A DNA stretch of 64,000 nucleotides, from positions 1,651-65,650 of the forward strand of contig QKDC01000165.1 in the NCBI GenBank assembly GCA_003246755.1, read 5' to 3'. The notes below the pieces were generated by a model, which was given only the letters and a program-made list of their open reading frames with translations, did not search any database and was not told the DNA's origin. Each line of letters begins with the position of its first letter. Within the stretch, counting starts at the first letter, position 1. Made by a program: the position numbers and the translations under genes. This document shows positions 26,887 through 36,552 of this stretch, one piece after another. This DNA comes from Gemmatimonadota bacterium. Lineage in GTDB: Bacteria; Gemmatimonadota; Gemmatimonadetes; Gemmatimonadales; GWC2-71-9.

Positions 26887-29082
26887 ATGCCCGTGGTATG
26901 GGCCACACCTCCGTCCCGAAAGGAAACCGCCGTGACCACCACCGCCCCAGCCAGCACGACCGATGCTCACGCTGCCGTCGATCGCATCTTCGGCGCCGAT
27001 GTCTTCACCCAACGGGTCATGCAGCAACGCTTGCCCAAGGAGATCTACCGCAGCTTGGTGAACACGATTCGGATGGGGGATCCTCTCGATCCCGCGGTGG
27101 CCGACGTGGTTGCGGCAACGATGAAGGACTGGGCGGTTGAAAACGGGGCGACGCACTTCACCCATTGGTTTCAGCCACTGACGGGATCCACGGCCGAGAA
27201 GCATGACTCCCTCATCGCGCCAGACGGGGCTGGTGGGGTGATGTACAATTTTTCGGGGGCCGAACTCGTGCAAGGGGAACCGGACGCTTCGAGTTTTCCC
27301 TCGGGCGGGATTCGCGCGACGTTCGAGGCCAGGGGCTACACCGCCTGGGACCCGACGAGCCCGGCTTTCCTGGTGCGGGGCCAGAAGAATGTTACCCTCT
27401 GTATTCCGACTGCCTTCGTCTCCTGGACTGGTGAGGCGCTCGATACCAAGATCCCGCTCCTCCGATCCATGGAGGCGCTCTCGCACCAGGCACTTCGCAT
27501 CCTGCAACTCTTCCAGACGGACGCAGGTGTCCGCCGGGTAACCACGACCGTTGGTCCGGAGCAGGAGTACTTCCTGGTGGACCGGGAGCTGTACTTTCGG
27601 CGCCCTGATCTGGTCACCTGTGAACGCACTCTCTTCGGGGCGCGTCCCCCCAAGGGGCAACAGCTGGAAGACCATTACTTCGGCACCATCCCTCCGCGTG
27701 TCCTCGCCTTCATGTCTGACGTGGAGCGTGAACTCTGGCGCTTCGGGGTCCCGGTCAAGACCCGTCACAATGAGGTTGCGCCGGGCCAATACGAGATCGC
27801 ACCCGTCTTCGAGTCGAGTCACATCGCCTCAGATCATCAGATGCTATTGATGGAAACGCTCCGACGGGTGGCCCCCCAGCACGGTCTCAAGGTCCTGCTG
27901 CACGAGAAACCCTTTGCCGGGATCAATGGATCGGGGAAACACAACAACTGGTCGATGTCGACCGATACTGGCGTCAACCTGCTCGACCCGCAGGATGCCG
28001 CGCACACCAACCTGCAATTCCTGGTTTTTCTCTGTGCCGTGGTTCGTGCCGTCGACCTTCATGCGGATCTCCTTCGAGCCAGCATCGCGTCGGCGGGGAA
28101 CGATCATCGCCTCGGTGCAAACGAGGCACCACCCGCCATCATCTCCGTTTTCCTGGGCGACATGTTGCAGGACATCCTGGATCAGGTCGAAAAAGGATTA
28201 CCCAAGCGCACTCTGGGTGGAGGGGTGATCGACCTCGGTGCCCGGACGTTGCCTCAGCTCCCACGCCACTCCAGCGACCGCAATCGCACCTCACCGTTCG
28301 CGTTCACAGGCAACAAGTTCGAGTTTCGCGCCGTGGGATCGTCGGCCAGCATCGCGTGGCCGAACACCGTCCTGAACCTGATCGTCGCGGAGTCGCTGGA
28401 CGTGATAGCTACCGATCTCCAGAAGGCGGCGGGGAAGAACCCCACGCCAGCCAAACTTCAGAGCGCGACCCTGGCGGTCCTGAAGAAAGTGATCCACCAG
28501 CACAAGCGGGTGGTCTTCGCAGGGGACAACTACTCCGCGGAATGGCACGAGGAAGCGGCGCGTCGGGGGCTCCCCATCCTGGACGACTCTGTGGACAGCT
28601 TCCCGGTTCTCCAGAGCAAGAAGAACCTCGATCTGTTCAAGAAGTACGGAGTCTTGTCGAAGGCTGAGTTGTCCTCTCGGACCCATATCGTGTTGGAGAA
28701 GTTCGTCAAGCAACTGGCCATCGAAGCGGAAACCATGATCTCGATCGGGCGCACCATGGTCTTGCCTGCCGCGTTGCGTCATCAGACCATTCTCGCGGGG
28801 ACTGTCGCCGCCACGACGGCGACCGGGGTGAAGGCAGCGGGGGTGACCAAGACGCTGCGGGGCTTCTCGGCGCTGCTCGATCGTTTCCAGGAGGCACTCG
28901 AGAAACTCGAGAAGGTGACCGCCGCGGAGCATGAATCGACGATGCGTCACGCCATCTATATCAAGAAGTCCGTCCGCCCGGCGATGAATGAGTTGCGGGT
29001 TCTGGTCGACCAGTTGGAGACCCACGTTGCGGCAGACCTTTGGCCCTTGCCGACCTACGGAGAACTCACGACGCTGAAGTAG
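26887..29082 (+). CDS. glnN: Glutamine synthetase type III
   Basis: About 730 aa. N-terminal [19 protein letters not shown] block typical of GSIII. Exact start uncertain (ATG 26887 or the downstream GTG). Confidence 0.85.
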   Translation: MPVVWATPPSRKETAVTTTAPASTTDAHAAVDRIFGADVFTQRVMQQRLPKEIYRSLVNTIRMGDPLDPAVADVVAATMKDWAVENGATHFTHWFQPLTGSTAEKHDSLIAPDGAGGVMYNFSGAELVQGEPDASSFPSGGIRATFEARGYTAWDPTSPAFLVRGQKNVTLCIPTAFVSWTGEALDTKIPLLRSMEALSHQALRILQLFQTDAGVRRVTTTVGPEQEYFLVDRELYFRRPDLVTCERTLFGARPPKGQQLEDHYFGTIPPRVLAFMSDVERELWRFGVPVKTRHNEVAPGQYEIAPVFESSHIASDHQMLLMETLRRVAPQHGLKVLLHEKPFAGINGSGKHNNWSMSTDTGVNLLDPQDAAHTNLQFLVFLCAVVRAVDLHADLLRASIASAGNDHRLGANEAPPAIISVFLGDMLQDILDQVEKGLPKRTLGGGVIDLGARTLPQLPRHSSDRNRTSPFAFTGNKFEFRAVGSSASIAWPNTVLNLIVAESLDVIATDLQKAAGKNPTPAKLQSATLAVLKKVIHQHKRVVFAGDNYSAEWHEEAARRGLPILDDSVDSFPVLQSKKNLDLFKKYGVLSKAELSSRTHIVLEKFVKQLAIEAETMISIGRTMVLPAALRHQTILAGTVAATTATGVKAAGVTKTLRGFSALLDRFQEALEKLEKVTAAEHESTMRHAIYIKKSVRPAMNELRVLVDQLETHVAADLWPLPTYGELTTLK

Positions 29083-29147
29083 CGCTGGGGGGGAGGGAGG
29101 GTGGCTGCCGGCAAGACGGACAGCCACCCTGGGTCTATCTTCAAGCA

Positions 29148-30734
29148 ATGAAACGTTGGCGTGGCCTCCTCCGGATCGGTCCACAGACCCTCACGGTTCT
29201 GTCGACATTCATCATTGCGGTCGGAGTCTACTACGCCTTCCAGGGGTCGCAGTTGGGAGTCATTCTCCCAGGAGTGGCCGTAGCCATTGGTCTCATGGTG
29301 ATGCGGCGTCACGAACACGTCTCCCGGCACCAGCAGAGCATTCTCGAGGCCACGAGGACGCGTGAGGCCGAACGGAACCGGCAGCTTGTGATCCTCCGAG
29401 AGCTTGCCGGGACACTGCTTCAGGTCGAGACCATGAACGAGTTGTTCTCCGAAGTCGTTGGGGTCGCTCGATCGCTCTTTGATGCCGAGGGGGCGAGTGC
29501 CATGGTTCTGGCTGAGGAGGGTCGTTTTCTCAGGGTCGCCGCCGGAAGTGGACTCTACGCCAATCATACTGGCGTCCTGATACCGATGGATACGTCGTTG
29601 GCCGGCTGGGTCCTGAGCCACGACGAGGGCGTGATCTCCGATGACGCGTCCGCCGACCCCCGGGTCTACCAGACACCAGGTGTCGACCTGCGGCGTCGTC
29701 GCCTGGTGTGCGCCCCCCTCCGGTCTTCTGGTATCGTGCTGGGGTGCCTCGCGGTAACCAGTCGTGGCACCAGCCCGCCGTTCACATCCTCCGATCTGGA
29801 AGTCCTCCAAACACTCGCCGATCAGGTCGCCCTCGGCATGGACCGTACACGAACCCTCGAGGAAAGCCATCAAAATGCTATGGCACTCGAGACCAAGAAT
29901 CGGGAACTGACCGAGGCGACCAAACTCAAGAGTGAGTTCCTTGCGAACATGAGTCACGAGTTGCGAACACCATTGAACGCCATCATTGGTTTTTCGGATC
30001 TTCTGCTGTATCAGGGCGCGGACTCGCTCGACCCTCAACAGCTTGATTTCCTGCAGTCGATATCTCGCAACGGCAGTCACTTACTCGGCCTGATCAATGA
30101 CGTGCTCGATCTCTCGAAGATCGAAGCGGGGCAGATGGCCTATACGCTTACGGCCACTGATCTTCGATTGGCGATCGAGGCTGCGGTCGCGGACACCGAA
30201 AGCCTCAGATCCGCCAAGGAACAGGTCTGTGATGTGACACTCGACGAAGGCTCGCTCGTGGTCCAAGCTGATCGCGGACGCATTCGCCAAGTCCTGTTCA
30301 ACTTGCTGTCCAACGCGTCGAAGTTCACTCCCCCTGGCGGACACATTGCCGTCTCGGCTCTCCGCACCCGCGCCCCCCTTCCGGTCCCGGCACAGAGAGC
30401 CTCCGATGCTGCCGGTGTGTCCACCCGGGATGCCGTGTGGGTTGCCATCAGTGATGATGGGATTGGGATACGCCAGGAGGACATGCACAGACTCTTTCTC
30501 GAATTCAGCCAGGTCGACAGTTCCGCTGGACGACAAGTCCAAGGCACGGGGCTCGGCCTCGCGCTCAGCAAACGGTTCGTGGAGCTTTTTGGTGGGGCCA
30601 TCGGGTGCGAATCGGTTTACCAGCAGGGGAGCACCTTTTGGTTTCTCCTACCTGTCGACGGACCCCTCCGCCGTCCGGAGGTCACGGACGTGGAGGCAGG
30701 GCAGGAGTTGGAACCAGCTCCCCCGACCCAGTAG
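29148..30734 (+). CDS. Membrane-anchored GAF-domain sensor histidine kinase (no adjacent response regulator)
   Basis: Trimmed to ATG 29148 (MKRWRGLL..., two TM segments). H-box SHELRTPLNAIIGFSDLL. G-boxes DDGIGI and GTGLGLALSKRFVELFGG. Confidence 0.85.
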   Translation: MKRWRGLLRIGPQTLTVLSTFIIAVGVYYAFQGSQLGVILPGVAVAIGLMVMRRHEHVSRHQQSILEATRTREAERNRQLVILRELAGTLLQVETMNELFSEVVGVARSLFDAEGASAMVLAEEGRFLRVAAGSGLYANHTGVLIPMDTSLAGWVLSHDEGVISDDASADPRVYQTPGVDLRRRRLVCAPLRSSGIVLGCLAVTSRGTSPPFTSSDLEVLQTLADQVALGMDRTRTLEESHQNAMALETKNRELTEATKLKSEFLANMSHELRTPLNAIIGFSDLLLYQGADSLDPQQLDFLQSISRNGSHLLGLINDVLDLSKIEAGQMAYTLTATDLRLAIEAAVADTESLRSAKEQVCDVTLDEGSLVVQADRGRIRQVLFNLLSNASKFTPPGGHIAVSALRTRAPLPVPAQRASDAAGVSTRDAVWVAISDDGIGIRQEDMHRLFLEFSQVDSSAGRQVQGTGLGLALSKRFVELFGGAIGCESVYQQGSTFWFLLPVDGPLRRPEVTDVEAGQELEPAPPTQ

Positions 30735-30743
30735 ATTGAGCGC

Positions 30744-31097
30744 ATGCAAGCCTCTGGCAGGAACCTGGTGCAACGGCTCTGGTCATTGGTCATCCTCGGA
30801 GCCTTCCTTGCGGCGGGGCCTGGGGTGTCAGGGCTAGAGGCGGGTTACCATCTCCTGCACCCCGAGGGGCCGAGCCACGGTGTTGGCACACACGTCGAGC
30901 AGGCAGGACTGAGCACCCACGCCGACCACTGCCAGGTCGGTTTGTCGTCGGCGACTCGCAGCGCGCCTCCCAGTACCACACCACGCCATCTTCTGTTGGT
31001 TATTACCCGCCATGACGTGAATCCGTGGCAGGCCTTACGTGCGGCCACTCAACCCCTTCTCCAGCCTTTTTCGAGAGGTCCTCCCTCCTTGGTCTGA
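30744..31097 (+). CDS. Small exported His/Cys-containing protein (unknown function)
   Basis: Signal/anchor LWSLVILGAFLAAGPGVSG followed by HLLHPEGPSHGVGTHVEQAGLSTHADHC. Lies 9 nt after the kinase stop. Coding status is moderately supported only. Confidence 0.4.
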   Translation: MQASGRNLVQRLWSLVILGAFLAAGPGVSGLEAGYHLLHPEGPSHGVGTHVEQAGLSTHADHCQVGLSSATRSAPPSTTPRHLLLVITRHDVNPWQALRAATQPLLQPFSRGPPSLV

Positions 31098-31167
31098 TTG
31101 TTCTCACCAGACACCCAGACAACGAGGAGACTTCCACCCACCGGCTTCGGTCAGGGGGTGGTGACCC

Positions 31168-32637
31168 ATGCGAAAACCAAAGAAACCTCTCAAGCCGCCG
31201 GACCAGGACCACCAGGGTCTGTGGTGGATCACGCGCGTGAGCCTCGTGGTCCTCATTCTGGGGTGGGGCGCTGCCTTGGCTTCCCCCGTCCGGGCTCAGG
31301 ACAGACCATCGCCCCGGATCCCGCCCAGTGTATCCAGTGACTCCCTCCTCGCTCGGCTCCGAAGCCTCTCCGCCCGTCTCGAGCTTCTCGAGGCGGGGAC
31401 CTGTCCCGCCGTCCCTGATTCCGCCCCGCCCGAACCCGTCCCGACAGGAGTGGCTGCCACTGATTCTCTCGTCCGACAGCTCTGGCGGCTCGAAGGGCGG
31501 GCTCGTCTCCTCATGCTTCGGGGGTGCTCCCCGACGAGACCCGATACCGGTGCGGTGGAATCGGGGATCGATGACCTGGACGCTCTGCGAGCCGCTGCCG
31601 CTGCGGCCGCAGCCGCGGCAGTCGAGGGTGATACGGCCACGGTGGCCGCTCCCGTTCGATTCGTGGGGCGACAGCGAAGCGGAAGTGCCCTCAACCCCGA
31701 GATCAGTGCGACGGGTAACCTCCATCTTTCCGTGGAGAGTGGCCCAGGGCCGCAGAAGGACAACGCGGTGGCTCGTGAATTCGAGTTCTCGTTCCAGAGC
31801 GCGCTCGATCCCTACTCGCACACGAAGGTCTTCCTGAGCGTTTCGGAGGACGGCGTCGGAGTTGAAGAAGGCTATGTCTATTGGATCGGGTTGCCCGGAA
31901 AGGTGCGTCTGGATGGAGGGATGATTCGACAGCAAGTCGGTGATCTGAATCGTTGGCACCTGCATGCGCTACCGGAAACGGACTACCCCTTGGTCTACCA
32001 GCGCTATCTCGGGGAAGAGGGATTGGCGGCCGTGGGCCTTTCCCTTTACACAGCGATCCCGATGTCGCTCGGGGGGGGGACCCACGAGCTGTGGGTCCAG
32101 GGAACCAGCGCGGAGAGTGAGCCCCTCTTCGGCGAGAGTCATCAGCCGACCCTCCTCGGGAGAGTCCTGAATTTCTGGCAAGTGAGCCGAAGTACCTTCC
32201 TTCAAGTCGGTTTCACGGGTTTGGGTGGGAACAACAGTGACTTGGATCTGCAGAGCAGACTCGTCGGTGTGGATTTGCGCCTCACAGTCCGTCCCCCCAA
32301 CACCGGCACGCGCCGGGAGTTCACGCTGCGAGCCGAGGGTTATCGGTTGCACTCCGTGCAGGAAGGGGCGACGACCAATCGATATGGGGCATTCGCGGAC
32401 GCTCAGTTTCGCTTGAACACGCGAGTCGTACTTGGCACGCGCTACGATTGGGTCGAGGCCGCCCGTGGGGCGTATGCTCGTGAGTGGCAAGTCGTGCCGA
32501 CGCTCACGTGGTGGCAGAGTGAGTGGGTATACCTCCGGCTGGAGGGTCGCCATGGCCGGATCGGCGGGGACATGATGTCGAAACTCGTAGCTCAAGTCGT
32601 TTGGGCGATGGGTCCGCACAAGCACGAGAATTACTAG
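31168..32637 (+). CDS. Outer-membrane beta-barrel (porin-like) candidate with N-terminal coiled coil
   Basis: Signal/anchor sequence, then heptad-like SLLARLRSLSARLELLE. Alternating-hydrophobicity strands. C-terminal aromatic residue (…KHENY). Internal poly-Ala run (LRAAAAAAAAAAVEG). Confidence 0.45.
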   Translation: MRKPKKPLKPPDQDHQGLWWITRVSLVVLILGWGAALASPVRAQDRPSPRIPPSVSSDSLLARLRSLSARLELLEAGTCPAVPDSAPPEPVPTGVAATDSLVRQLWRLEGRARLLMLRGCSPTRPDTGAVESGIDDLDALRAAAAAAAAAAVEGDTATVAAPVRFVGRQRSGSALNPEISATGNLHLSVESGPGPQKDNAVAREFEFSFQSALDPYSHTKVFLSVSEDGVGVEEGYVYWIGLPGKVRLDGGMIRQQVGDLNRWHLHALPETDYPLVYQRYLGEEGLAAVGLSLYTAIPMSLGGGTHELWVQGTSAESEPLFGESHQPTLLGRVLNFWQVSRSTFLQVGFTGLGGNNSDLDLQSRLVGVDLRLTVRPPNTGTRREFTLRAEGYRLHSVQEGATTNRYGAFADAQFRLNTRVVLGTRYDWVEAARGAYAREWQVVPTLTWWQSEWVYLRLEGRHGRIGGDMMSKLVAQVVWAMGPHKHENY

Positions 32638-32649
32638 GACGGAGGTCCT

Positions 32650-33687
32650 ATGCTGTCATGGATGCTCTCACTCGCCCTGCTTCACCCCGGTGTGACGCCC
32701 GGCGAGGCGCGGACGGAGGAAGTGGCCCCGGTAAAGGTGGTGACCAGTCTCACCACGTATGCCGCCATCGCTCGAGAAATCGTTGGCGCTCTCGGGACGG
32801 TGACATCAATCGCGCAAGGTGATGAGGATCCGCACTTTGTCCAACCCAAACCCAGTTTTGTTGCCCTCCTCCGTGACGCCGATGTCTTCGTCACCACGGG
32901 GCTGGACCTGGAGTTGTGGGTGCCGGCTCTCCTCGACCGGGCAGGAAACCGGAAGATCTCCGAGGGCGGACCAGGGTACGTAACCGCCTATACCGGGGTG
33001 ACGCTCCTCGAAGTGCCGGTCGTGGTCAGTCGATCGGCGGGGGACATCCATCTGCAGGGGAATCCGCACATTCACACTGACCCGGTAAATGCGATCCTGA
33101 TTTCCCGGAACATCCTCACTGGCCTGCAACGAGTCGCTCCAGCCCAAGCCGCGGAGTTTGGTCGTCGTCAGGAGGACTTCCAACGACGGGTGCTCGAGGC
33201 GCTCTTGGGGTCAGAATTGGTGGCGGCGCTGACACCCGCGACCGCTTTCACACTCATTCGCAATGGGCAGTTGGATGGATTCCTGACCAAAACGATCTTC
33301 CAGGGGGCGCCTCTTTCGACTCGACTCGGCGGGTGGCTGAAGAAAGCCGCACCGCTGCGTGGTCAGGAAATGGTATGCTATCACAAGGAGTGGGCCTACT
33401 TCACGACGCGTTTCGGGATCACCTGTGCGGAGTTCATCGAGGCCAAGCCAGGGATTCCTCCCACTCCCGGTCATGTGCGGGATGTGATCGCTCTGATGCG
33501 CGAGAGGAAGATCAAGGCACTGTTCGCTTCCAACTATTTCAGCAGGGCCCAGATCATGTTGGTCGCCGAGCGCACCGGAGCCTCTGCGGTGATCGTCCCT
33601 GAGAACACCAGTGGTGCACCTGGTGTCGACACCTACTTTCAATTGGTTGATACCTGGTTGAACGGCTTGCTGGCCGTGTACAGGTAG
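32650..33687 (+). CDS. Metal (Zn/Mn-type) ABC transporter substrate-binding protein, ZnuA/TroA family
   Basis: VKVVTSLTTYAAIAREI, GDEDPHFVQPKPS, DVFVTTGLDLELW, IHLQGNPHIHTDP blocks. Confidence 0.8.
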   Translation: MLSWMLSLALLHPGVTPGEARTEEVAPVKVVTSLTTYAAIAREIVGALGTVTSIAQGDEDPHFVQPKPSFVALLRDADVFVTTGLDLELWVPALLDRAGNRKISEGGPGYVTAYTGVTLLEVPVVVSRSAGDIHLQGNPHIHTDPVNAILISRNILTGLQRVAPAQAAEFGRRQEDFQRRVLEALLGSELVAALTPATAFTLIRNGQLDGFLTKTIFQGAPLSTRLGGWLKKAAPLRGQEMVCYHKEWAYFTTRFGITCAEFIEAKPGIPPTPGHVRDVIALMRERKIKALFASNYFSRAQIMLVAERTGASAVIVPENTSGAPGVDTYFQLVDTWLNGLLAVYR

Positions 33688-33698
33688 GAGCGGCGCCG

Positions 33699-34523
33699 AT
33701 GCTCGAATTGATGTTTCCCCCAATCGTGGCCTGCATGGTCATCGTCGCCATGCATTCCTACCTCGGTCTCCATGTGATCGCACGCGAAGTGATCTTCGTC
33801 GATCTTGCCCTCGCCCAGATGGCTGCGCTCGGTTCGACGATTGCCATCCTGGAGGGCTTTCTCCCCGGATCGACCTGGTCATTCGTCTATGCCCTTGCCT
33901 TCACCACCTTCGGTGCCGCGTTGTTTGCCATGACACGAACGGACCAACGCAAAACGCGCGTGCCTCACGAAGCGATCATCGGAATCGTGTATGTCGTTGC
34001 GTCGGCCGCTGCGATTCTCGTCGCCGATCGCAGCGCGCACGGTGGGGAAGCCATCAAGGACATCTTGGTTGGAAGCCTGTTGTGGGTTACCTGGCCCACG
34101 ATTATGCGCCTGGCGATCCTCTACGCGATCATCGGAGTGATTCACTTCCTGCTCAGGCGCCGATTTCTCACGATTTCCTTCGAACCCGAAAAGGCGGCAG
34201 CCCAAGGATGGCACATCCGTTGGTGGGACTTCTGGTTCTATCTCTCCTTCGGGTTGGTAATCACCTTCTCAGTGCCGGTGGCTGGCGTCCTTCTGGTGTT
34301 TTCCTTCTTGGTCGTCCCCGCGGCCATTGCCTTCATGTTCACGCAGAATCTGCGCAAACTCCCTCTCATCGCATGGGGTGCGGGCGTCCTTGCGTCGGCG
34401 AGCGGTATCGGGATCTCGTTTCAGTACGATCTTCCCACTGGTCCGCTGATCGTCGTGATGTTCGGGGTGCTGCTGGTGACGGCGTTTCTCTTCAACGGGG
34501 TGCTCCGGAGGCGATCGAGTTAG
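33699..34523 (+). CDS. Metal ABC transporter permease (ABC-3 / ZnuB family)
   Basis: About 274 aa with 8-9 TM segments. The N-terminal block MHSYLGLHVIAREVIFVDLALAQMAALG is typical of ABC-3 permeases. Confidence 0.8.
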   Translation: MLELMFPPIVACMVIVAMHSYLGLHVIAREVIFVDLALAQMAALGSTIAILEGFLPGSTWSFVYALAFTTFGAALFAMTRTDQRKTRVPHEAIIGIVYVVASAAAILVADRSAHGGEAIKDILVGSLLWVTWPTIMRLAILYAIIGVIHFLLRRRFLTISFEPEKAAAQGWHIRWWDFWFYLSFGLVITFSVPVAGVLLVFSFLVVPAAIAFMFTQNLRKLPLIAWGAGVLASASGIGISFQYDLPTGPLIVVMFGVLLVTAFLFNGVLRRRSS

Positions 34524-36034
34524 GACTTTGCTCGGGCCTCTGCCCTTGATACGGCAGGATCAGGGAGAGCGCTTCGTCGGAGCAATTCGAGGTGGGGGGC
34601 GATGACATCGGCAAGCTGTTGGGCATCGGTCACCGGGTGACCGGACACTCCCGGAGCCCCATCCAACAACTCCAGTGCGCCGACAGTGCGATCAGCCAGG
34701 CGGAGCGGCACCGCCAGGTTTTCACCTTCGTCGCCGTAGACCAAGAACGGTGCGCGCCCGGCCACGACAGGTCCGACCGGTGAGAAATCCTGTGGGGCGT
34801 CGTCCAACGCCGTCAGCGGTCGGTGGTCACCGGGATCGACCTGGATCAGACGATCCGACCCCAATCGCAATGCGAAACGCAAAGAGCGGTATCCGAGTGC
34901 CTTGCACGCCTCCTCTGCGAAGGTGCGGGAAGCATCCCCCCAATGCGACGTGGCCGCCAGGAGTGTGACGAGTCGGGCTACGCGAGGTTGGCTTGCTTTG
35001 AGAGTAGAGAGTTGAGCCTGTCCCACCTCGCTGGTGAGTGCCTGTCGCAACCCGTGCACTCGGAGAGCCACGATGGGTGCAATGCGCTTGAGGACCTCTC
35101 GGTCTGCAGTACCGAACATCCCCTTACGTGGCCCACCAACCAGGAGCCACGCCGCGGAGGCGCCGGCCACCGTGAGTCGCACACCAATGGCCGATCGAAC
35201 GCGACGCGACGATCGCGTGACAGCGTAGGAAGGCCAACTGGTTGCGGGGCCGAGTTCTGGCAACATCAACACACCCTCATCGTCCGCCGATCCGAGAAGG
35301 GCCTCAATCGCTTCAGTGACCTGGGCTGATGATTCAGGTCCCGACCACCGTTGTCCCTCCATGCGGCCACTCAATAGGGCCCAGGTCCCAGACGGTGAAG
35401 GGACAGCGACCTCGATCCGTTCGTGAGGTAGGACGGAGAGCAGACTGCCCGATAGCAGCCGAAGGAGTTCTGGCCCATTCCGCGCCTCGATGGCCGCCTC
35501 TGCGATGGCCGAGAGCAGGTTCTCCGGGCCAGGGCTGCCTGCCGATACCGTGGGAAGAGGAGGTGACACTCCCAGACCCTCGAAAGTCGGAACCAGGCCG
35601 CGCAAGACGGAGTGAAGGCGAACGGCCTGGGAAACGCCGTACACACCCGGTCGCAGTGCGGCGAAGAGGGCGAGGCCATGATCCGCAGCTTCACCACGCA
35701 CGGGGATGGCAATGGCAGACCCGTACCCCGCCTGGCGAACGCGTTCTTCCAATGCGTACAGTTGATGCTGGGCCAGGCGAGGTGTGGGGACCGGGACCAC
35801 GAGGTGATCGGCGTTCAATTCCTTTGGCGCAAGGAGGATCACCCCGCCGGCCACCGGGAAAAGCCAGAGGCCAAGGAGGTCATGTTGGACCTCGGCGCTG
35901 AGGAGATTCGACAGCGCAAGGTGCCACGCCTCTACGGTGGCCGCATCGGGTGGGCCATCCTCGAGGGGTAACACCGGGATCAGCAAGCCCGTCGGGTCAC
36001 CTGTGGTGCGGGTCTCTCGGTCGCCATGGGTCAT
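34520..36034 (-). CDS. Large cytoplasmic protein, GAF-like repeats suspected (unknown function)
   Basis: Trimmed to ATG 36034 (MTHGDRETR...). No catalytic or DNA-binding motif recognised. The GAF-like call is based on composition and architecture impression only. Confidence 0.4.
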   Translation of the reverse strand: MTHGDRETRTTGDPTGLLIPVLPLEDGPPDAATVEAWHLALSNLLSAEVQHDLLGLWLFPVAGGVILLAPKELNADHLVVPVPTPRLAQHQLYALEERVRQAGYGSAIAIPVRGEAADHGLALFAALRPGVYGVSQAVRLHSVLRGLVPTFEGLGVSPPLPTVSAGSPGPENLLSAIAEAAIEARNGPELLRLLSGSLLSVLPHERIEVAVPSPSGTWALLSGRMEGQRWSGPESSAQVTEAIEALLGSADDEGVLMLPELGPATSWPSYAVTRSSRRVRSAIGVRLTVAGASAAWLLVGGPRKGMFGTADREVLKRIAPIVALRVHGLRQALTSEVGQAQLSTLKASQPRVARLVTLLAATSHWGDASRTFAEEACKALGYRSLRFALRLGSDRLIQVDPGDHRPLTALDDAPQDFSPVGPVVAGRAPFLVYGDEGENLAVPLRLADRTVGALELLDGAPGVSGHPVTDAQQLADVIAPHLELLRRSALPDPAVSRAEARAKS

Positions 36035-36168
36035 CGCATCCCGTCGGTGCAGAAAGCATACCTTTCCCCAGGGCTCCCGACGGGGAGTCAAGTTTGGCCG
36101 CTACCAACCGATGGCTGGTGACATAAAGTGTTTTGAATCAGCAACTTACATGACCGTATCGCGACCTC

Positions 36169-36197
36169 TTGACATACCCCCCTCCCCTATATATGAT
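36169..36197 (+). promoter_or_regulatory. Near-consensus sigma-70-type promoter of the cop operon with a C-tract spacer
   Basis: TTGACA (36169-36174). 17-nt spacer TACCCCCCTCCCCTATA. TATGAT (36192-36197). Located about 48 nt upstream of the copZ ATG, inside an AT-rich island. Confidence 0.6.
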
Positions 36198-36244
36198 GGA
36201 CAGGGTGCCGAAACGATCTCCGTCTCACCTGTTGGGAGGGCAAC

Positions 36245-36457
36245 ATGCGATCACTGACGCTACACATCGAGGGAATGACCTGTGGGCATTGCCTGCAGGC
36301 GGTTCGTGGGGTACTGGAGAGGGCCCCGGGCGTGCGAGTGGATACAGTCAGCATGGGGAGGGCGGAACTCGCCTACGATGAAGCGGTGACCCAGCCCGAC
36401 CAGATTGCTGCGATGGTCGCGGACGAGGGGTACCCGGCGACAACGCAACCAGTATGA
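36245..36457 (+). CDS. copZ: Copper chaperone, heavy-metal-associated domain
   Basis: 70 aa with GMTCGHC motif. GGGAGGG lies 5 nt upstream of the ATG. Confidence 0.9.
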   Translation: MRSLTLHIEGMTCGHCLQAVRGVLERAPGVRVDTVSMGRAELAYDEAVTQPDQIAAMVADEGYPATTQPV

Positions 36458-36552
36458 GTTTCTCGGACTGGGTTGTTTTGGTCCTCGGAGTCGTCTCGAT
36501 CGTGTGGGTGAATTGGTACTTCTTCCTCGCTTCCAGGACTCCCCGTCAATGA
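36454..36552 (+). CDS. 32-aa single-TM micro-protein ORF between copZ and copA (not in ORF track)
   Basis: Hand translation gives [32 protein letters not shown]. Its ATG overlaps the copZ stop (ATGA 36454-36457). Its TGA overlaps the copA ATG (ATGA 36549-36552). Confidence 0.5.
   Translation: MSFSDWVVLVLGVVSIVWVNWYFFLASRTPRQ

Noticed and set aside
26839-27822. 327-aa minus-strand ORF opposite glnN
   Set aside because: The GSIII sense frame is well supported. The antisense ORF has no features.
36405-36548. Upstream extension of copA (track start 36405)
   Set aside because: The extension overlaps the copZ 3' end and reads out of frame across the 32-aa ORF. ATG 36549 precedes the metal-binding domain and is coupled by ATGA.
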